NCBI RefSeq assembly: GCF_964237335.1
Contig: NZ_CAXSHM010000007.1
Span: forward strand, 8,923 to 72,922
Direction: 5' to 3'
DNA length: 64,000 bases
Source: an uncultured Sphingomonas sp.
GTDB taxonomy: Bacteria; Pseudomonadota; Alphaproteobacteria; Sphingomonadales; Sphingomonadaceae
This document shows positions 19,413 to 30,406 of the stretch, in pieces. The number at the start of each line of letters is the position of its first letter. Position 1 is the first letter of the stretch. A program made the position numbers and the translations under genes. Under the pieces are notes generated by a model. That model did not search any database. It saw only the letters and a list, made by a program, of their open reading frames with translations, and was not told the DNA's origin.

Positions 19413-20639
19413 TCAGGCCCAGCTCGCCATGGCGGTCTCGAGGTTCAGCCGCACCGCCTCGAAGAACTGCTCCGTCGTCATCCAGCGCTGATCGGGGCCG
19501 ATCAGGATGGCGAGGTCCTTGGTCATGTCGCCCTTCTCCACCGTCTCGACGCAGACGCGCTCCAGCGTCTCGGCGAAGCGGGTGACGTCGGGCGTGTCGT
19601 CGAACTTGCCGCGGTACTTGAGCCCGCCGGTCCAGGCGAAGATCGACGCGATCGGGTTGGTCGACGTCGCCTTGCCCGCCTCGTGCTGGCGGAAGTGGCG
19701 GGTGACGGTGCCGTGCGCCGCCTCCGCCTCCACCGTCTTGCCGTCGGGGCTGAGCAGCACCGACGTCATCAGGCCGAGCGAGCCGAAGCCCTGCGCCACC
19801 TGGTCGGACTGTACGTCGCCGTCGTAGTTCTTGCACGCCCACACGAACTCGCCGTTCCACTTGAGCGCGGAGGCGACCATGTCGTCGATCAGGCGATGCT
19901 CGTAGACGATGCCCGCCGCCTTGAACTTGTCGGCGAACTCGGCCTCGAACACCTCGGCGAACAGGTCCTTGAAGCGGCCATCATAGGCTTTCAGGATCGT
20001 GTTCTTGGTCGACAGGTACACCGGCCACTTGAGGTTCAGGCCATAGTGCATCGATGCGCGCGCGAAGTCGCGGATCGAATCGTCGAGGTTGTACATCGCG
20101 AGCGCGACGCCCGCCGCCTTGAACTGGTAGACCTCGCGATCGATGACCGTGCCATCGTCGCCCTCGAACACCAGCCGCAGCTTGCCGGGGCCAGGCACCT
20201 TATAGTCGGTCGCGCGATACTGGTCGCCGAAGGCGTGGCGGCCGACGACGATCGGGTGCGTCCAGCCGGGGATCAGCCGCGGCACGTTGCTGATGACGAT
20301 CGGCTCTCGGAAGATCGTGCCACCCAGGATGTTGCGGATCGTGCCGTTGGGCGATTTCCACATCTGCTTGAGGCCGAACTCCTTCACGCGCGCCTCGTCG
20401 GGCGTGATCGTCGCGCATTTGACCGCGACGCCGTATTTCTGCGTCGCATAGGCTGAATCGATGGTGATCTGGTCGTTCGTCTCGTCGCGCTTCTCGATGC
20501 CGAGGTCGTAATAGTCGAGGTCGATATCGAGATAGGGCTTGATCAGGCGTTCGCGGATCCATTCCCAGATGATCCGCGTCATCTCGTCGCCGTCGATCTC
20601 GACGACGGGCGTCTTCACCTTGATCTTTGCCATGGACAC
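19413..20639 (-). CDS. icd: NADP-dependent isocitrate dehydrogenase (eukaryote-like homodimeric type)
   Basis: 408 aa. [24 protein letters not shown]-terminus is typical of the IDH1/2-like bacterial enzymes. Confidence 0.95.
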   Translation of the reverse strand: MSMAKIKVKTPVVEIDGDEMTRIIWEWIRERLIKPYLDIDLDYYDLGIEKRDETNDQITIDSAYATQKYGVAVKCATITPDEARVKEFGLKQMWKSPNGTIRNILGGTIFREPIVISNVPRLIPGWTHPIVVGRHAFGDQYRATDYKVPGPGKLRLVFEGDDGTVIDREVYQFKAAGVALAMYNLDDSIRDFARASMHYGLNLKWPVYLSTKNTILKAYDGRFKDLFAEVFEAEFADKFKAAGIVYEHRLIDDMVASALKWNGEFVWACKNYDGDVQSDQVAQGFGSLGLMTSVLLSPDGKTVEAEAAHGTVTRHFRQHEAGKATSTNPIASIFAWTGGLKYRGKFDDTPDVTRFAETLERVCVETVEKGDMTKDLAILIGPDQRWMTTEQFFEAVRLNLETAMASWA

Positions 20640-20767
20640 TTCCTGATGAGGGGGATGGCCGGCGTCTAGGCGGCGGTGCGGTCGGGATCAAGGCGACAGG
20701 CATCGCGGACCTCGCCAGGGCGCAGGTCGATTGAATCCGTCCCGCCCGGTCGCTAGACCCGGTCGCT

Positions 20768-21526
20768 ATGCCATCGTTAGAAAAGCCGCCCGTCGTCACC
20801 TCTACCGTCAAGTGGCGCTTCCCGTCCGTTCATCCCAAGGGCCGCGTGTTCGTCGCCATCGCCGTGGGGATCGCGCTGCTGTCGTTGCTGGTCTGGAACG
20901 TGTTGTTCTGGCCGCTGGTCGGGCTCGCCATCTGGGTAGCGACCTTCTTCCGCGACCCGATCCGCGTCACGCCGCAGGGCGAGGGACTGGTGATCGCGCC
21001 GGCGGATGGCCTGGTGACCATGATCCAGCGCGTGGCTGTCCCGCGCGAGCTCGACGGCCCCAACGGGATCGGGGTCGAGCATGGCGGATCGGCCGCGCTG
21101 GTCCGCGTGTCGATCTTCATGTCGGTGTTCGACGTCCACATCAACCGCACGCCGATCGCGGGCACGATCACCCAGGTCGTCTACATATCGGGCAAGTTCC
21201 TCAACGCGGACCTCGACAAGGCGAGCGAGGAGAATGAGCGCCAGCATTTCGTCGTCCAGGGCCATCCCGACGCGAACGGCCTGACGCGCCGGATCGGCTT
21301 CACCCAGATCGCCGGCCTCGTCGCGCGGCGGATCGTCGGTTTCGTGAAGCCGGGCGACATGGTGGCGAGCGGGCAGCGGATCGGGCTGATCCGGTTCGGC
21401 AGCCGCCTGGACGTGTATCTGCCGGACGATGTGACCCCCCAGGTGGTGCTGGGACAGCGGACGCTGGCGGGTGAGACCGTGATCGGACGGATCGGCGGCG
21501 CGTCCGTGACCGGGATCGCGCAGTGA
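20768..21526 (+). CDS. psd: phosphatidylserine decarboxylase proenzyme
   Basis: 252 aa. N-terminal TM segment and the FGSRLDVY self-cleavage (G-S) motif. Confidence 0.9.
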   Translation: MPSLEKPPVVTSTVKWRFPSVHPKGRVFVAIAVGIALLSLLVWNVLFWPLVGLAIWVATFFRDPIRVTPQGEGLVIAPADGLVTMIQRVAVPRELDGPNGIGVEHGGSAALVRVSIFMSVFDVHINRTPIAGTITQVVYISGKFLNADLDKASEENERQHFVVQGHPDANGLTRRIGFTQIAGLVARRIVGFVKPGDMVASGQRIGLIRFGSRLDVYLPDDVTPQVVLGQRTLAGETVIGRIGGASVTGIAQ

Positions 21527-21578
21527 ATACGAAGCCCGATGCAGTCGTTGCTTCTCGACGAACGGCGGGTGATCGCCG

Positions 21579-22418
21579 GTGAGGATCCCCGTTCGACGTA
21601 TTCCGCGCCCGCCACGGCCCGGGCTGCCGCTGCGATCCGTCGCGCCCAATGCGGTGACCGCACTGGCGCTGTGTTTCGGGCTCAGCGGCGTCCGGTTCGG
21701 CATCGCCGCGCGGTGGGAGCTGGCCGTCACGATGGTGCTGGTGGCCGGCGTGCTCGACGGGATCGACGGGCGGATCGCGCGGATGCTGCATGGCGAGAGC
21801 CGGTTTGGTGCGGAGCTCGATTCGCTGTCGGACGCGATCTCGTTCGGGGTCGCGCCGGCGCTGATCCTGTATCTATGGTCGCTCGTGACCATGCCGGGGC
21901 TCGGGTGGATGTGCTCGCTGATGCTGGCGGTCTTCTGCGCGCTGCGGCTCGCGCGGTTCAACGCCAACATCGACACGTCGGAACAACCGCACAAGTCCGC
22001 CGGCTTCCTAACCGGCGTTCCCGCGCCCACGGCCGCCGGACTTGCCATGTTGCCGATGTTCCTGTGGAATGCGACGGGCGAACCGCTGCTGCGATCGCCT
22101 TATCTGGTCGCGCCCTGGGTGGCGCTGGTCGCACTCCTGATGGTGTCGAGCGTCCCCACCTACTCCTGGGGGTCGATGCGCCTGCGCAGGACGATCCGGT
22201 TCGAGGCACTGGCTGCCGTCGTCATCCTGGGTGCCGCACTCGTGTCAGCACCATGGATGACGTTGAGCGTAATCTCATTCGTGTACATAGCGACGATGCC
22301 GTTCAGCACCGTCGGCTACGCGCGGGTCAGGCGACTTCGCGCCATGCAAGCGGCAACCGCACTGGGGAAGACCAGCGGCGTACGGCGATCCGACGTTCTG
22401 CCTGGACAAGCTGGCTGA
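21579..22418 (+). CDS. pssA: CDP-diacylglycerol--serine O-phosphatidyltransferase
   Basis: 279 aa. CDP-alcohol phosphatidyltransferase motif DGIDGRIARM...GAELDSLSDAISFG. The exact 3' end is uncertain (see the overlapping small ORF). Confidence 0.9.
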   Translation: MRIPVRRIPRPPRPGLPLRSVAPNAVTALALCFGLSGVRFGIAARWELAVTMVLVAGVLDGIDGRIARMLHGESRFGAELDSLSDAISFGVAPALILYLWSLVTMPGLGWMCSLMLAVFCALRLARFNANIDTSEQPHKSAGFLTGVPAPTAAGLAMLPMFLWNATGEPLLRSPYLVAPWVALVALLMVSSVPTYSWGSMRLRRTIRFEALAAVVILGAALVSAPWMTLSVISFVYIATMPFSTVGYARVRRLRAMQAATALGKTSGVRRSDVLPGQAG

Positions 22419-22560
22419 GCGGAGCGTACGACACTTCCGGAATGCCAACGGCGAGACGCGCGATCCTCTGCCATTGCGGCGCGACCGACGACCATATCGT
22501 CGACCCTGCCAATCCTGCCGCCCCCGAAAACACCACCGTACCGACAAGCTGCGTAATCAT
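22327..22560 (-). CDS. hypothetical small protein (77 aa)
   Basis: ATG at 22560 is preceded by a perfect AAGGAGG with 5-nt spacing. Sequence MITQLVGTVVFSGAAGLAGSTIW... has a hydrophobic N-terminus. The ORF converges on the pssA 3' end and overlaps it by 92 nt, so either this ORF or the pssA tail may be mis-delimited. Confidence 0.35.
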   Translation of the reverse strand: MITQLVGTVVFSGAAGLAGSTIWSSVAPQWQRIARLAVGIPEVSYAPLSQLVQAERRIAVRRWSSPVRLPLAWREVA

Positions 22561-22910
22561 GTCCGCCTCCTTAGGCTGTGACGTCGACTTCAATGGTGGC
22601 GAACCACCATATTCTTCGACGGTTCCCTGTCCTTGATCCATATTTCGACCTGATTGCTTCAGGTTACCGGTATTTTGCACGATCCCTGCGAATCGCCATT
22701 CGGTATGATCATCATATGTTCCCATTCCGTTCCGATCGTCAATACTTGTTTTCGGATGGGACAAAGGCTAGACGCCCCGCTCTCAAACCCGCACGGGAGG
22801 CATCATAGCCCGGTGCTCTGGACTCAGGGTCTCAGCAGAACAGTAGTTTGCTGGGTTCCTGATCCGGGGTCATCCGCTTCCCAGAGGCACAACCGGAAGG
22901 ATTTATCCCT

Positions 22911-23771
22911 ATGGCGGCACCTGTCGTCAGCATGCAGCAGCTGATCGAAACCGGCGCGCACTTCGGACACCAGACGCACCGCTGGAACCCGAAGATGAAG
23001 CCCTACATCTTTGGGGACCGCAACGGCGTCCATATCCTCGACTTGTCGCAGACCGTCCCGCTGTTCGCGCGCGCACTCGAATTCGTGTCGTCGGCGGTGG
23101 CCGGCGGCGGCAAGGTCCTGTTCGTGGGCACCAAGCGCCAAGCGCAGGAGCCGATCGCCGATTCGGCACGCAAGTCCGGGCAGCATTTTGTCAACCATCG
23201 CTGGCTGGGCGGCATGCTCACCAACTGGAAGACGATCTCCAACTCGATCAAGCGCATGAAGGCGCTGGAGGAGCAGTTGTCCGGCGACACCCGCGGCCTC
23301 ACCAAGAAGGAAGTGCTGCAGCTCACCCGCGAGCGCGACAAGCTGGAGTTAAGCCTGGGCGGCATCCGCGACATGGGCGGCGTGCCCGACGTCATGTTCG
23401 TGATCGACGCCAACAAGGAGGAGCTCGCGATCAAGGAGGCCAACACGCTGGGCATCCCGGTCGTGGCGATCCTCGATTCGAACGTGTCGCCGGACGGCAT
23501 CGCCTTCCCGGTACCCGCGAACGATGACGCGAGCCGTGCCATCCGCCTGTATTGCGAGGCGATCGCGATCGCCGCAACGCGTGGCGGCCAGCAGCAGCAA
23601 CAGCGCCGCGGCGTCGATTTCGGCGCGATGGAGCAGCCGCCCGAGGAGGCCGCGCTGGGCGTGGAGGCGCCGATCGACACGGACGTGAACGCCGAGGGCG
23701 ACGTGCTCGCGGCCCAGGTCACGGAAGCGGACTTCACGGGCGCCGAGGCGGAGCCGCAGCCGGCGGCGTAA
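22911..23771 (+). CDS. rpsB: 30S ribosomal protein S2
   Basis: 286 aa. [23 protein letters not shown]-terminus, with an acidic C-terminal extension. Confidence 0.98.
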   Translation: MAAPVVSMQQLIETGAHFGHQTHRWNPKMKPYIFGDRNGVHILDLSQTVPLFARALEFVSSAVAGGGKVLFVGTKRQAQEPIADSARKSGQHFVNHRWLGGMLTNWKTISNSIKRMKALEEQLSGDTRGLTKKEVLQLTRERDKLELSLGGIRDMGGVPDVMFVIDANKEELAIKEANTLGIPVVAILDSNVSPDGIAFPVPANDDASRAIRLYCEAIAIAATRGGQQQQQRRGVDFGAMEQPPEEAALGVEAPIDTDVNAEGDVLAAQVTEADFTGAEAEPQPAA

Positions 23772-23797
23772 GCCCCAATCAGCTTCGACTCCTATCC

Positions 23798-23880
23798 CCG
23801 TTCGTGCTGAGCTTGTCGAAGCACTGTCTTTTCTTCGTCACCGAAGAAGGGCAGCCCTTCGACAGGCTCAGGGCGGACGG
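23798..23880. repeat. MITE/REP-like element, family A
   Basis: ccgttcgtgctgagcttgtcgaagc ... cccttcgacaggctcagggcggacgg. Lies between rpsB and tsf. Confidence 0.8.
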
Positions 23881-23936
23881 TTTTGTTTGACGGGCTCGAT
23901 CTCCCCCCCAGCGGGATCAAGAAGAGGATACGGAAC

Positions 23937-24896
23937 ATGGCCGACATCACGGCTTCGATGGTCAAGGACCTGCGCGAGAAGAGCGGCGCGGGCATGATGG
24001 ACTGCAAGAAGGCGCTGGGCGAGACGGGCGGCGACATGGACGCGGCGATGGACTGGCTGCGCACCAAGGGCCTCGCCGCCGCCGCCAAGAAGTCGAGCCG
24101 CACCGCCGCCGAGGGGCTGGTCGGCGTCGCCGTCGCCGGCACGAAGGGAGCGGCCGTCGAGGTGAACTCGGAAACCGATTTCGTGGCGAAGAACGAGCAG
24201 TTCCAGGCCTTTGTCCGTGAAGTGACGCAGATTGCGCTCGCCACCGGCGACGATGCCGAGGCGCTGAAGGCCGAGGCGATGGCGTCCGGCACGACCGTCA
24301 CCGACGTGCTGACGAACAACATCGCGACGATCGGCGAGAACCAGTCGCTGCGCCGTGCCCGCCGGCTCGAGGTGAGCCAGGGTGCGGTTGTGGGCTATGT
24401 TCACAACAAACAGGCCGACGGTTTGGGCAAGATCGGCGTTCTCGTCGCGCTGGAGTCCGACGCGGGCGCCGACGTGCTGGAGCCGTTGGGCAAGCAGCTC
24501 GCGATGCACATCGCCGCGGCCTTTCCGCAGGCGCTGCACGGCGATCACCTCGACTCCGCCGTGGTCGAGCGCGAGCGCGGCATTGCGCGCGAGAAGGCGG
24601 CGGAGAGCGGCAAGCCGGCCAACATCATCGAGAAGATGGTCGAAGGCGCGGTCGCCAAGTTCAAGAAGGAGGCCGCGCTCCTGTCGCAGCTGTTCGTCAT
24701 GGACAACAAGACGCCCGTCGAGGACGTCGTCGCCAAGGCCGCGAAGGAGTCCGGCAAGACGATCGTCCTGAAGGATTATGTCCGCTTCCAGCTCGGTGAG
24801 GGGATCGAGAAGGAACAGTCGGACTTCGCCGCCGAAGTCGCGGCCGCGTCGGGCGTGCCGCAGAAGACGGACCCGCAGCCCGAGCCCACCGCCTGA
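23937..24896 (+). CDS. tsf: translation elongation factor Ts
   Basis: Starts [27 protein letters not shown] (UBA-like N-domain). ATG 23937 has an AAGAGGA RBS. The track ORF start at 23883 lies in the repeat flank and was rejected. Confidence 0.97.
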   Translation: MADITASMVKDLREKSGAGMMDCKKALGETGGDMDAAMDWLRTKGLAAAAKKSSRTAAEGLVGVAVAGTKGAAVEVNSETDFVAKNEQFQAFVREVTQIALATGDDAEALKAEAMASGTTVTDVLTNNIATIGENQSLRRARRLEVSQGAVVGYVHNKQADGLGKIGVLVALESDAGADVLEPLGKQLAMHIAAAFPQALHGDHLDSAVVERERGIAREKAAESGKPANIIEKMVEGAVAKFKKEAALLSQLFVMDNKTPVEDVVAKAAKESGKTIVLKDYVRFQLGEGIEKEQSDFAAEVAAASGVPQKTDPQPEPTA

Positions 24897-24984
24897 ACCG
24901 GGGGGCGGGGATGTGCCCCGCCCCGTCGCGACGTCGGACGGCAAGCCATTGCTCCTCGCGCGCTCCGCGAGTACCCGCTTCGCC

Positions 24985-25731
24985 ATGGCATCCCGGCGTT
25001 TTACCCGCATCCTCCTGAAGCTCTCTGGCGAGGTCCTGATGGGCGAGGGAGGCTTGGCGATCGACCCGGCCGTGACGGCGCGGGTGGCGGGCGAGATCAA
25101 GGATGCCCGCGACGCGGGGCACGAACTGTGCGTCGTGGTGGGCGGCGGCAACATCTTCCGCGGGCTGTCCGCCGCCGCCAAGGGCATCGAGCGCGCGACG
25201 GCCGATTACATGGGCATGCTCGCGACGGTGATGAACGCGCTCGCTGTGCAGAATGCGCTGGAGCAGATCGGCGTCGAGACACGCGTACAGTCGGCGATCC
25301 CGATGGCGTCGGTCTGCGAGCCGTTCATCCGCCGTCGCGCCGAGCGGCATCTCGCCAAGGGACGCGTCGTGATCTTCGCCGCGGGCGTCGGCTCCCCCTA
25401 TTTCACCACCGACAGCGGCGCGGCGCTGCGCGCGGCCGAGATGAAGTGCGACGCGCTATTCAAGGGCACCAGCGTCGACGGCGTGTACGACGCCGATCCC
25501 AAGAAGGTGCCGGGCGCGCGCCGCTATGAGACCGTCAGTTATTCCAAGGTGCTGTCCGACGACCTGAAGGTCATGGACGCGAGCGCCATCGCGCTGTGCC
25601 GTGACAATCATATCCCGATCGTCGTCTTCAACATCCGCGACCATGGCAACCTCGCCGCGGTCCTGGCGGGCGAGGGCGTGTCGACGATCGTGCAGACCAT
25701 CGAGAAGGAACCGATCCATGCCGGCCTATGA
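24985..25731 (+). CDS. pyrH: UMP kinase
   Basis: [20 protein letters not shown]...[10 protein letters not shown]...[11 protein letters not shown]. The upstream 69 codons of the track ORF are Arg/Pro-rich filler. Confidence 0.95.
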   Translation: MASRRFTRILLKLSGEVLMGEGGLAIDPAVTARVAGEIKDARDAGHELCVVVGGGNIFRGLSAAAKGIERATADYMGMLATVMNALAVQNALEQIGVETRVQSAIPMASVCEPFIRRRAERHLAKGRVVIFAAGVGSPYFTTDSGAALRAAEMKCDALFKGTSVDGVYDADPKKVPGARRYETVSYSKVLSDDLKVMDASAIALCRDNHIPIVVFNIRDHGNLAAVLAGEGVSTIVQTIEKEPIHAGL

Positions 25732-26275
25732 CAAGAGCGACCTCGAACGCCGCATGGCCGGCGCGGTCGAGTCGTTGAAGCATGATCTGGGCGGGCTTCG
25801 CACCGGCCGTGCGTCGACGGCGTTGCTCGATCCGGTGCAGGTGACGGTGTACGGCGCGTCCATGCCGCTCAACCAGGTCGCGACCGTGTCGGTGCCCGAG
25901 CCGCGGATGCTGTCGGTGCAGGTGTGGGACAAGACCAACGTCGGCCCGGTCGAAAAGGCGATCCGCTCCGCCGGGCTCGGGCTCAACCCGATCAGCGACG
26001 GCACCACGCTGCGTCTGCCGATCCCCGACCTGACGGAGGAGCGCCGCAAGGAACTCGCCAAGCTCGCGGGGCAATATGCCGAAAAGGCGCGGATCGCGGT
26101 GCGCAACGTGCGCCGCGACGGGATGGACAACCTCAAGACCGACGAGAAGAAGAGCGTGCTGAGCGAGGACGAGCGCAAGCGTCACGAGACCGAGGTGCAG
26201 AAGCTGACCGATGCGACGGTCGCCGAACTGGACGCGGCGGCGGGTGCGAAGGAAAAGGAAATCCTCGGCAAGTGA
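25718..26275 (+). CDS. frr: ribosome recycling factor
   Basis: 185 aa. [33 protein letters not shown]. Overlaps the pyrH stop by 14 nt. Confidence 0.97.
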   Translation: MPAYDKSDLERRMAGAVESLKHDLGGLRTGRASTALLDPVQVTVYGASMPLNQVATVSVPEPRMLSVQVWDKTNVGPVEKAIRSAGLGLNPISDGTTLRLPIPDLTEERRKELAKLAGQYAEKARIAVRNVRRDGMDNLKTDEKKSVLSEDERKRHETEVQKLTDATVAELDAAAGAKEKEILGK

Positions 26276-26284
26276 TCTTCTCTT

Positions 26285-26372
26285 CCGTTCACCCTGAGCG
26301 TGTCGAAAGGCTATCGTTCCGTTCTGCGGGAAGAAGGGCAGTGCTTCGACAGGCTCAGCATGGGCGGAACGG
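26285..26372. repeat. MITE/REP-like element, family A
   Basis: ccgttcaccctgagcgtgtcgaaagg ... gtgcttcgacaggctcagcatgggcggaacgg. Lies between frr and uppS. Confidence 0.8.
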
Positions 26373-26384
26373 AAGGTGTCGCCG

Positions 26385-27122
26385 ATGAGCGAGGCCCAAT
26401 TGCTGGCGACAGGGCAGCCGGAATTGTCGCTCCCCCGCCATGTCGCCATCATCATGGACGGCAACGGCCGCTGGGCCAAGCAGCGGCATCTGCCGCGCGC
26501 TGCGGGGCATCGCGCGGGTGTGGAGGCGGTGCGGCGCGTGACGCGGGCGGCGCGGTCGCTCGGGATCGAGGCGCTGACGCTGTACGCCTTTTCCAGCGAG
26601 AACTGGCGCCGGCCGGAGGACGAGATCGGCGCGTTGATGGGCCTGCTGCGGCTGTTCATCCGCAGCGACCTCGCCGAGATGGTGCGCGACGACGTGCGGC
26701 TGCGCATCATCGGCGACTACAGCCGGTTTGCGCCCGATCTGGTCGCGCTGCTCGACGATGCACTCGCCCGTACCGCGCCGAACACCGGACCGATCCTCGC
26801 CATCGCGCTCAACTATGGCGCGCAGGACGAGCTCGTCACCGCGGCCCGCCGGTTGGCGCAGCGGGTGCGCGATGGGGCGATGGCGGTCGAGGCGATCGAC
26901 GCCGAGGCGATCGAGGCCGAGCTGGAGACGCGCGAGCTGCCGCCGCTCGACCTGATGATTCGCACCTCGGGCGAGCAGCGGCTGTCCAACTTCCTGTTGT
27001 GGCAGGCGGCCTATGCCGAGCTGCTGTTCGTCGACACGCTGTGGCCCGATTACGGCGCCGACGATCTGGCGGCGGCGGTCGCGGCGTTTGGGCAGCGACA
27101 GCGCCGGTACGGCGGCCTGTGA
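26385..27122 (+). CDS. uppS: isoprenyl transferase (undecaprenyl diphosphate synthase)
   Basis: HVAIIMDGNGRWA and ...RTSGEQRLSNFLLWQ motifs. ATG 26385 lies 8 nt after GGAAGG. The track start GTG 26376 abuts the repeat. Confidence 0.93.
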   Translation: MSEAQLLATGQPELSLPRHVAIIMDGNGRWAKQRHLPRAAGHRAGVEAVRRVTRAARSLGIEALTLYAFSSENWRRPEDEIGALMGLLRLFIRSDLAEMVRDDVRLRIIGDYSRFAPDLVALLDDALARTAPNTGPILAIALNYGAQDELVTAARRLAQRVRDGAMAVEAIDAEAIEAELETRELPPLDLMIRTSGEQRLSNFLLWQAAYAELLFVDTLWPDYGADDLAAAVAAFGQRQRRYGGL

Positions 27123-27976
27123 GCTCGGCCGTTCCCCGCAACCGGTCGGACCTTGCGACGCGGATCGTGACCGGGGTGGGATTGGCGGCCCTAGCCATCC
27201 TGGCGCTGGTCGCGGGTGGGCTGTTGTTCTGGCTGCTGGCGGTCGTGGCCTCGCTGCTGATGATGGCGGAATGGGCGGACCTGCACGGCGCGACCGCTCG
27301 GCAGAAGCGGACCGCGCAGTTCGCGCTGTCCGTGCCGCTGGCGATCATGGCGCCGGCGTCGCTGATCCTGGAGACGCGCAACTTCTTCGTGCTCGGCCTG
27401 CTGGCGGGCGCGGCGTTCTTCACCGTCATCATCACGCGCCGCGAGAAGCTGGGGCGGGAGCTGGCGCTGGGCGTTCTCTATTGCGGGCTGCCGGTGCTGG
27501 CGCTGACGCTGATCCGCCGCCAGCATGCGCCCGGCACCGAGAGCCAGGCCTGGGGGCTCGTCTGGGCGATCTGGGCGATGGCGCTGGTGTGGATGACCGA
27601 CATCGGCGCCTATGCCGCGGGCCGGCTTGTCGGCGGGCCCAAGCTGTGGCCGGCGGTCAGCCCGAAGAAGACTTGGGCGGGGCTGATCGGCGGCGTGCTC
27701 CTCGCCAGCCTCTTCGCGGGCCTGATGCACAAGGTCTATGGCCTGCCCCTGCGGCTGACCATCGCCACGCCCGCGCTCGCGGTGCTGGCGCAGGGCGGCG
27801 ACCTGTACGAAAGCTGGATCAAGCGCCGCGCCGGGGTGAAGGACTCGGGGCATCTTCTGCCGGGCCACGGCGGCGTCCTCGATCGCCTCGATGGGCTCGT
27901 GCCGGTCGCGCCGGCGGCCGCACTGCTGGCGGTACTGCCGACCCTCTACCATTTCACCGCGGGCTGGCATCGTTGA
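27119..27976 (+). CDS. cdsA: phosphatidate cytidylyltransferase
   Basis: GTG 27119 overlaps the uppS stop (GTGA). Polytopic protein with the C-terminal signature SWIKRRAGVKDSGHLLPGHGGVLDRLD. Confidence 0.9.
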   Translation: MSSAVPRNRSDLATRIVTGVGLAALAILALVAGGLLFWLLAVVASLLMMAEWADLHGATARQKRTAQFALSVPLAIMAPASLILETRNFFVLGLLAGAAFFTVIITRREKLGRELALGVLYCGLPVLALTLIRRQHAPGTESQAWGLVWAIWAMALVWMTDIGAYAAGRLVGGPKLWPAVSPKKTWAGLIGGVLLASLFAGLMHKVYGLPLRLTIATPALAVLAQGGDLYESWIKRRAGVKDSGHLLPGHGGVLDRLDGLVPVAPAAALLAVLPTLYHFTAGWHR

Positions 27977-28000
27977 AGATAATGGATTGAAGGTATCGGG

Positions 28001-29197
28001 ATGAAGACCGTCACAATCCTCGGCGCGACGGGATCGATCGGCACGTCAACGCTCGACCTGATCGAACGCTCGCCGGAAGCGTTCCGCGTCGTCGCGCTCA
28101 CCGCCAACGCCGATGTCGCCAAGCTCGCCGCGGCGGCAAAGCGTACCGGTGCGCGCCGCGCCGTCGTCGCCGACGAGACGTGCCTCCCGGCGCTGTGTGA
28201 GTTGCTGGCCGGCTCGGGGATCGAGGCGGCGGCCGGTGCCGAGGCGGTATGCGAGGCGGCGGCGATGGGCGCCGACGTGACGGTCGCCGCGATCGTCGGC
28301 TGCGCGGGGCTGAAGCCCGCGATGCGCGCGGTGGAGGCGGGCGGCACGCTCGCGCTCGCCAACAAGGAGGCGCTGGTCTCCGCCGGCGACGTCATGAAGC
28401 GCGCGATCGCGGCGCATGGCGCGACACTGCTGCCGGTCGACAGCGAGCATAGCGCGATCTTCCAATGCCTCGACCGCACCGCGCCCGCCGGCGTCGCGCG
28501 CATCGTGCTGACCGCCAGCGGCGGCCCGTTCCGCGACCGCAGCACCGACGAGATGCGCGCCATCACGCCCGCGCAGGCGATCGCGCACCCCAACTGGTCG
28601 ATGGGCGCGAAGATCAGCGTCGACAGCGCCACGATGATGAACAAGGGACTGGAGCTGATCGAGGCGTTCCACCTGTTCCCGGTCCCGGCCGAGCGGATCG
28701 ACGTGCTCGTCCACCGTCAGTCGGTGATCCACTCGATGGTGGAATATGTCGACGGGTCGGTGCTGGCGCAGCTCGGTACGCCCGACATGCGCACGCCGAT
28801 CGCGGTGGCGCTCGCCTGGCCGCAGCGGATGGCGACGCCGGGCGAGCGGCTGGACCTCGTCGCCGTCGGACGGCTGGACTTCGAGGCGCCCGATCCCGTG
28901 CGCTTCCCCGCGCTGACGCTGGCGCGGGAGGCGCTGATGGCGGGCGGCGCGCGGCCGGCGATCCTGAACGCCGCGAACGAGGTGGCGGTGGCGGCGTTCC
29001 TGGCGGGCCGGATGGGCTTCCTCGAAATCGCCGCAATCGTGGCCGATACGCTGGAACGTTACGATCCGGCCGCGCCGGAAACGCTCGATGCGGTGCTTGC
29101 GGTCGATGCCGAGGCGCGGGCGCTGACCGCGGAGCGGATCGGGGCAGTAAAGGCTGGAGCGGGACGCGTGATGACGCAGGTCGTAGGTGTGACTTGA
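28001..29197 (+). CDS. dxr: 1-deoxy-D-xylulose 5-phosphate reductoisomerase
   Basis: 398 aa. ILGATGSIGTSTLD NADPH motif, LANKEALV, and NKGLELIEA. Confidence 0.97.
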   Translation: MKTVTILGATGSIGTSTLDLIERSPEAFRVVALTANADVAKLAAAAKRTGARRAVVADETCLPALCELLAGSGIEAAAGAEAVCEAAAMGADVTVAAIVGCAGLKPAMRAVEAGGTLALANKEALVSAGDVMKRAIAAHGATLLPVDSEHSAIFQCLDRTAPAGVARIVLTASGGPFRDRSTDEMRAITPAQAIAHPNWSMGAKISVDSATMMNKGLELIEAFHLFPVPAERIDVLVHRQSVIHSMVEYVDGSVLAQLGTPDMRTPIAVALAWPQRMATPGERLDLVAVGRLDFEAPDPVRFPALTLAREALMAGGARPAILNAANEVAVAAFLAGRMGFLEIAAIVADTLERYDPAAPETLDAVLAVDAEARALTAERIGAVKAGAGRVMTQVVGVT

Positions 29198-30339
29198 TCG
29201 AGACTCCCGGCATCCTGTTGACGATCGTCGCCTTTGCGCTGGTGATCGGGCCGCTCGTGTTCGTCCACGAAATGGGCCATTATCTCGTCGGCCGCTGGTT
29301 CGGGATCGGCGCGGACGTCTTCTCCATCGGGTTCGGGCGCGAGATCGTCGGCTGGACCGACAAGCGTGGCACACGGTGGAAGCTGTCGGTGCTGCCGCTG
29401 GGCGGATACGTCAAGTTTGCGGGCGACATGAACCCGTCGTCGCAACCCTCGGCCGAGTGGCTCGCGTTGCCCGCCGCCGAGCGGCAGCGCACATTTCAGG
29501 CGAAAGCGGTATGGCAGCGCGCGCTGGTCGTGCTGGCCGGGCCGGCGGTGAACTTCCTGGTCGCGATCCTCATCATCAGCGCGGCCGTCGTCGCCTATGG
29601 CGACGAGCGGACGCCGCCCGTGGTCGCCGGCGTCGGCCACCGGACCGCGGCGGCGAGCGCCGGGCTTCGGGCCGGCGACCGGATCGTCGCGATCGGCGGT
29701 CGCTCGATGGCGACGTTCGACGACCTGTTCCACTATGTGGTGATCCACCCGCGCGAGACGGTCAGGATCGACCTCGTCCGCGACGGCGCGCCGCGATCGG
29801 TGGACGCCACGCTGGGCGTGCTGGCGGAGGTCGACCGCTTCGGCAACCATTACGAGCGCGGCCTGCTGGGCATCGCGCCGCCGCCGGCGGTGCACGTTCG
29901 GGTCGGCGTGTTGCAGGCACCGGTCGTCGCGGTCGGCCGGACGTGGGATTATGTGCGGATGACGGTCGATACGCTCGGCCAGCTCGTCACCGGGCGCCGA
30001 TCGATCAAGGACATGAGCGGACCCGTGGGCATGGCGCGCGCGGCTGGCGAGCAGATCACGCTCGGCTGGGCGGCGTTCGTGTCACTGATCGTGCTCATCT
30101 CGATCAACCTGGGGTTCATCAACCTGCTGCCAGTGCCGATGCTCGATGGTGGCCACCTGTTCTTCTACGCGATCGAAGCGATCCGGCGACGGCCCGTCAC
30201 CCCGGCGGTACAGGAGTGGGCGTTCCGCACCGGGCTCGCCGCGTTGCTGGCGCTGATGCTGGTGGTGACCGCCAATGACATCGGCAAGACGGCGCTTTGG
30301 CAGGGTGTTGGTAAAAGCCTGGCCGGGTTGATCGGGTGA
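29194..30339 (+). CDS. rseP: RIP metalloprotease RseP (site-2 protease)
   Basis: TTG 29194 overlaps the dxr stop. HEMGHYLVGR zinc motif, a PDZ region, and a C-terminal NLLPVPMLDGGHL motif. Confidence 0.9.
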   Translation: MIETPGILLTIVAFALVIGPLVFVHEMGHYLVGRWFGIGADVFSIGFGREIVGWTDKRGTRWKLSVLPLGGYVKFAGDMNPSSQPSAEWLALPAAERQRTFQAKAVWQRALVVLAGPAVNFLVAILIISAAVVAYGDERTPPVVAGVGHRTAAASAGLRAGDRIVAIGGRSMATFDDLFHYVVIHPRETVRIDLVRDGAPRSVDATLGVLAEVDRFGNHYERGLLGIAPPPAVHVRVGVLQAPVVAVGRTWDYVRMTVDTLGQLVTGRRSIKDMSGPVGMARAAGEQITLGWAAFVSLIVLISINLGFINLLPVPMLDGGHLFFYAIEAIRRRPVTPAVQEWAFRTGLAALLALMLVVTANDIGKTALWQGVGKSLAGLIG

Positions 30340-30406
30340 GCGGGTTCGGGCAGGGCGACAGCGCGGGGCGTTGCGGTTTGATCGCGTTTTGGGTCGGGGT
30401 GTTTGA

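Noticed and set aside
20745-20768. An 11-nt direct repeat, cccggtcgcta x2, abutting the psd start codon, as a regulatory element.
   Set aside because: It is very short and GC-rich and directly overlaps the start codon region. I cannot distinguish it from chance or slippage without comparative data.
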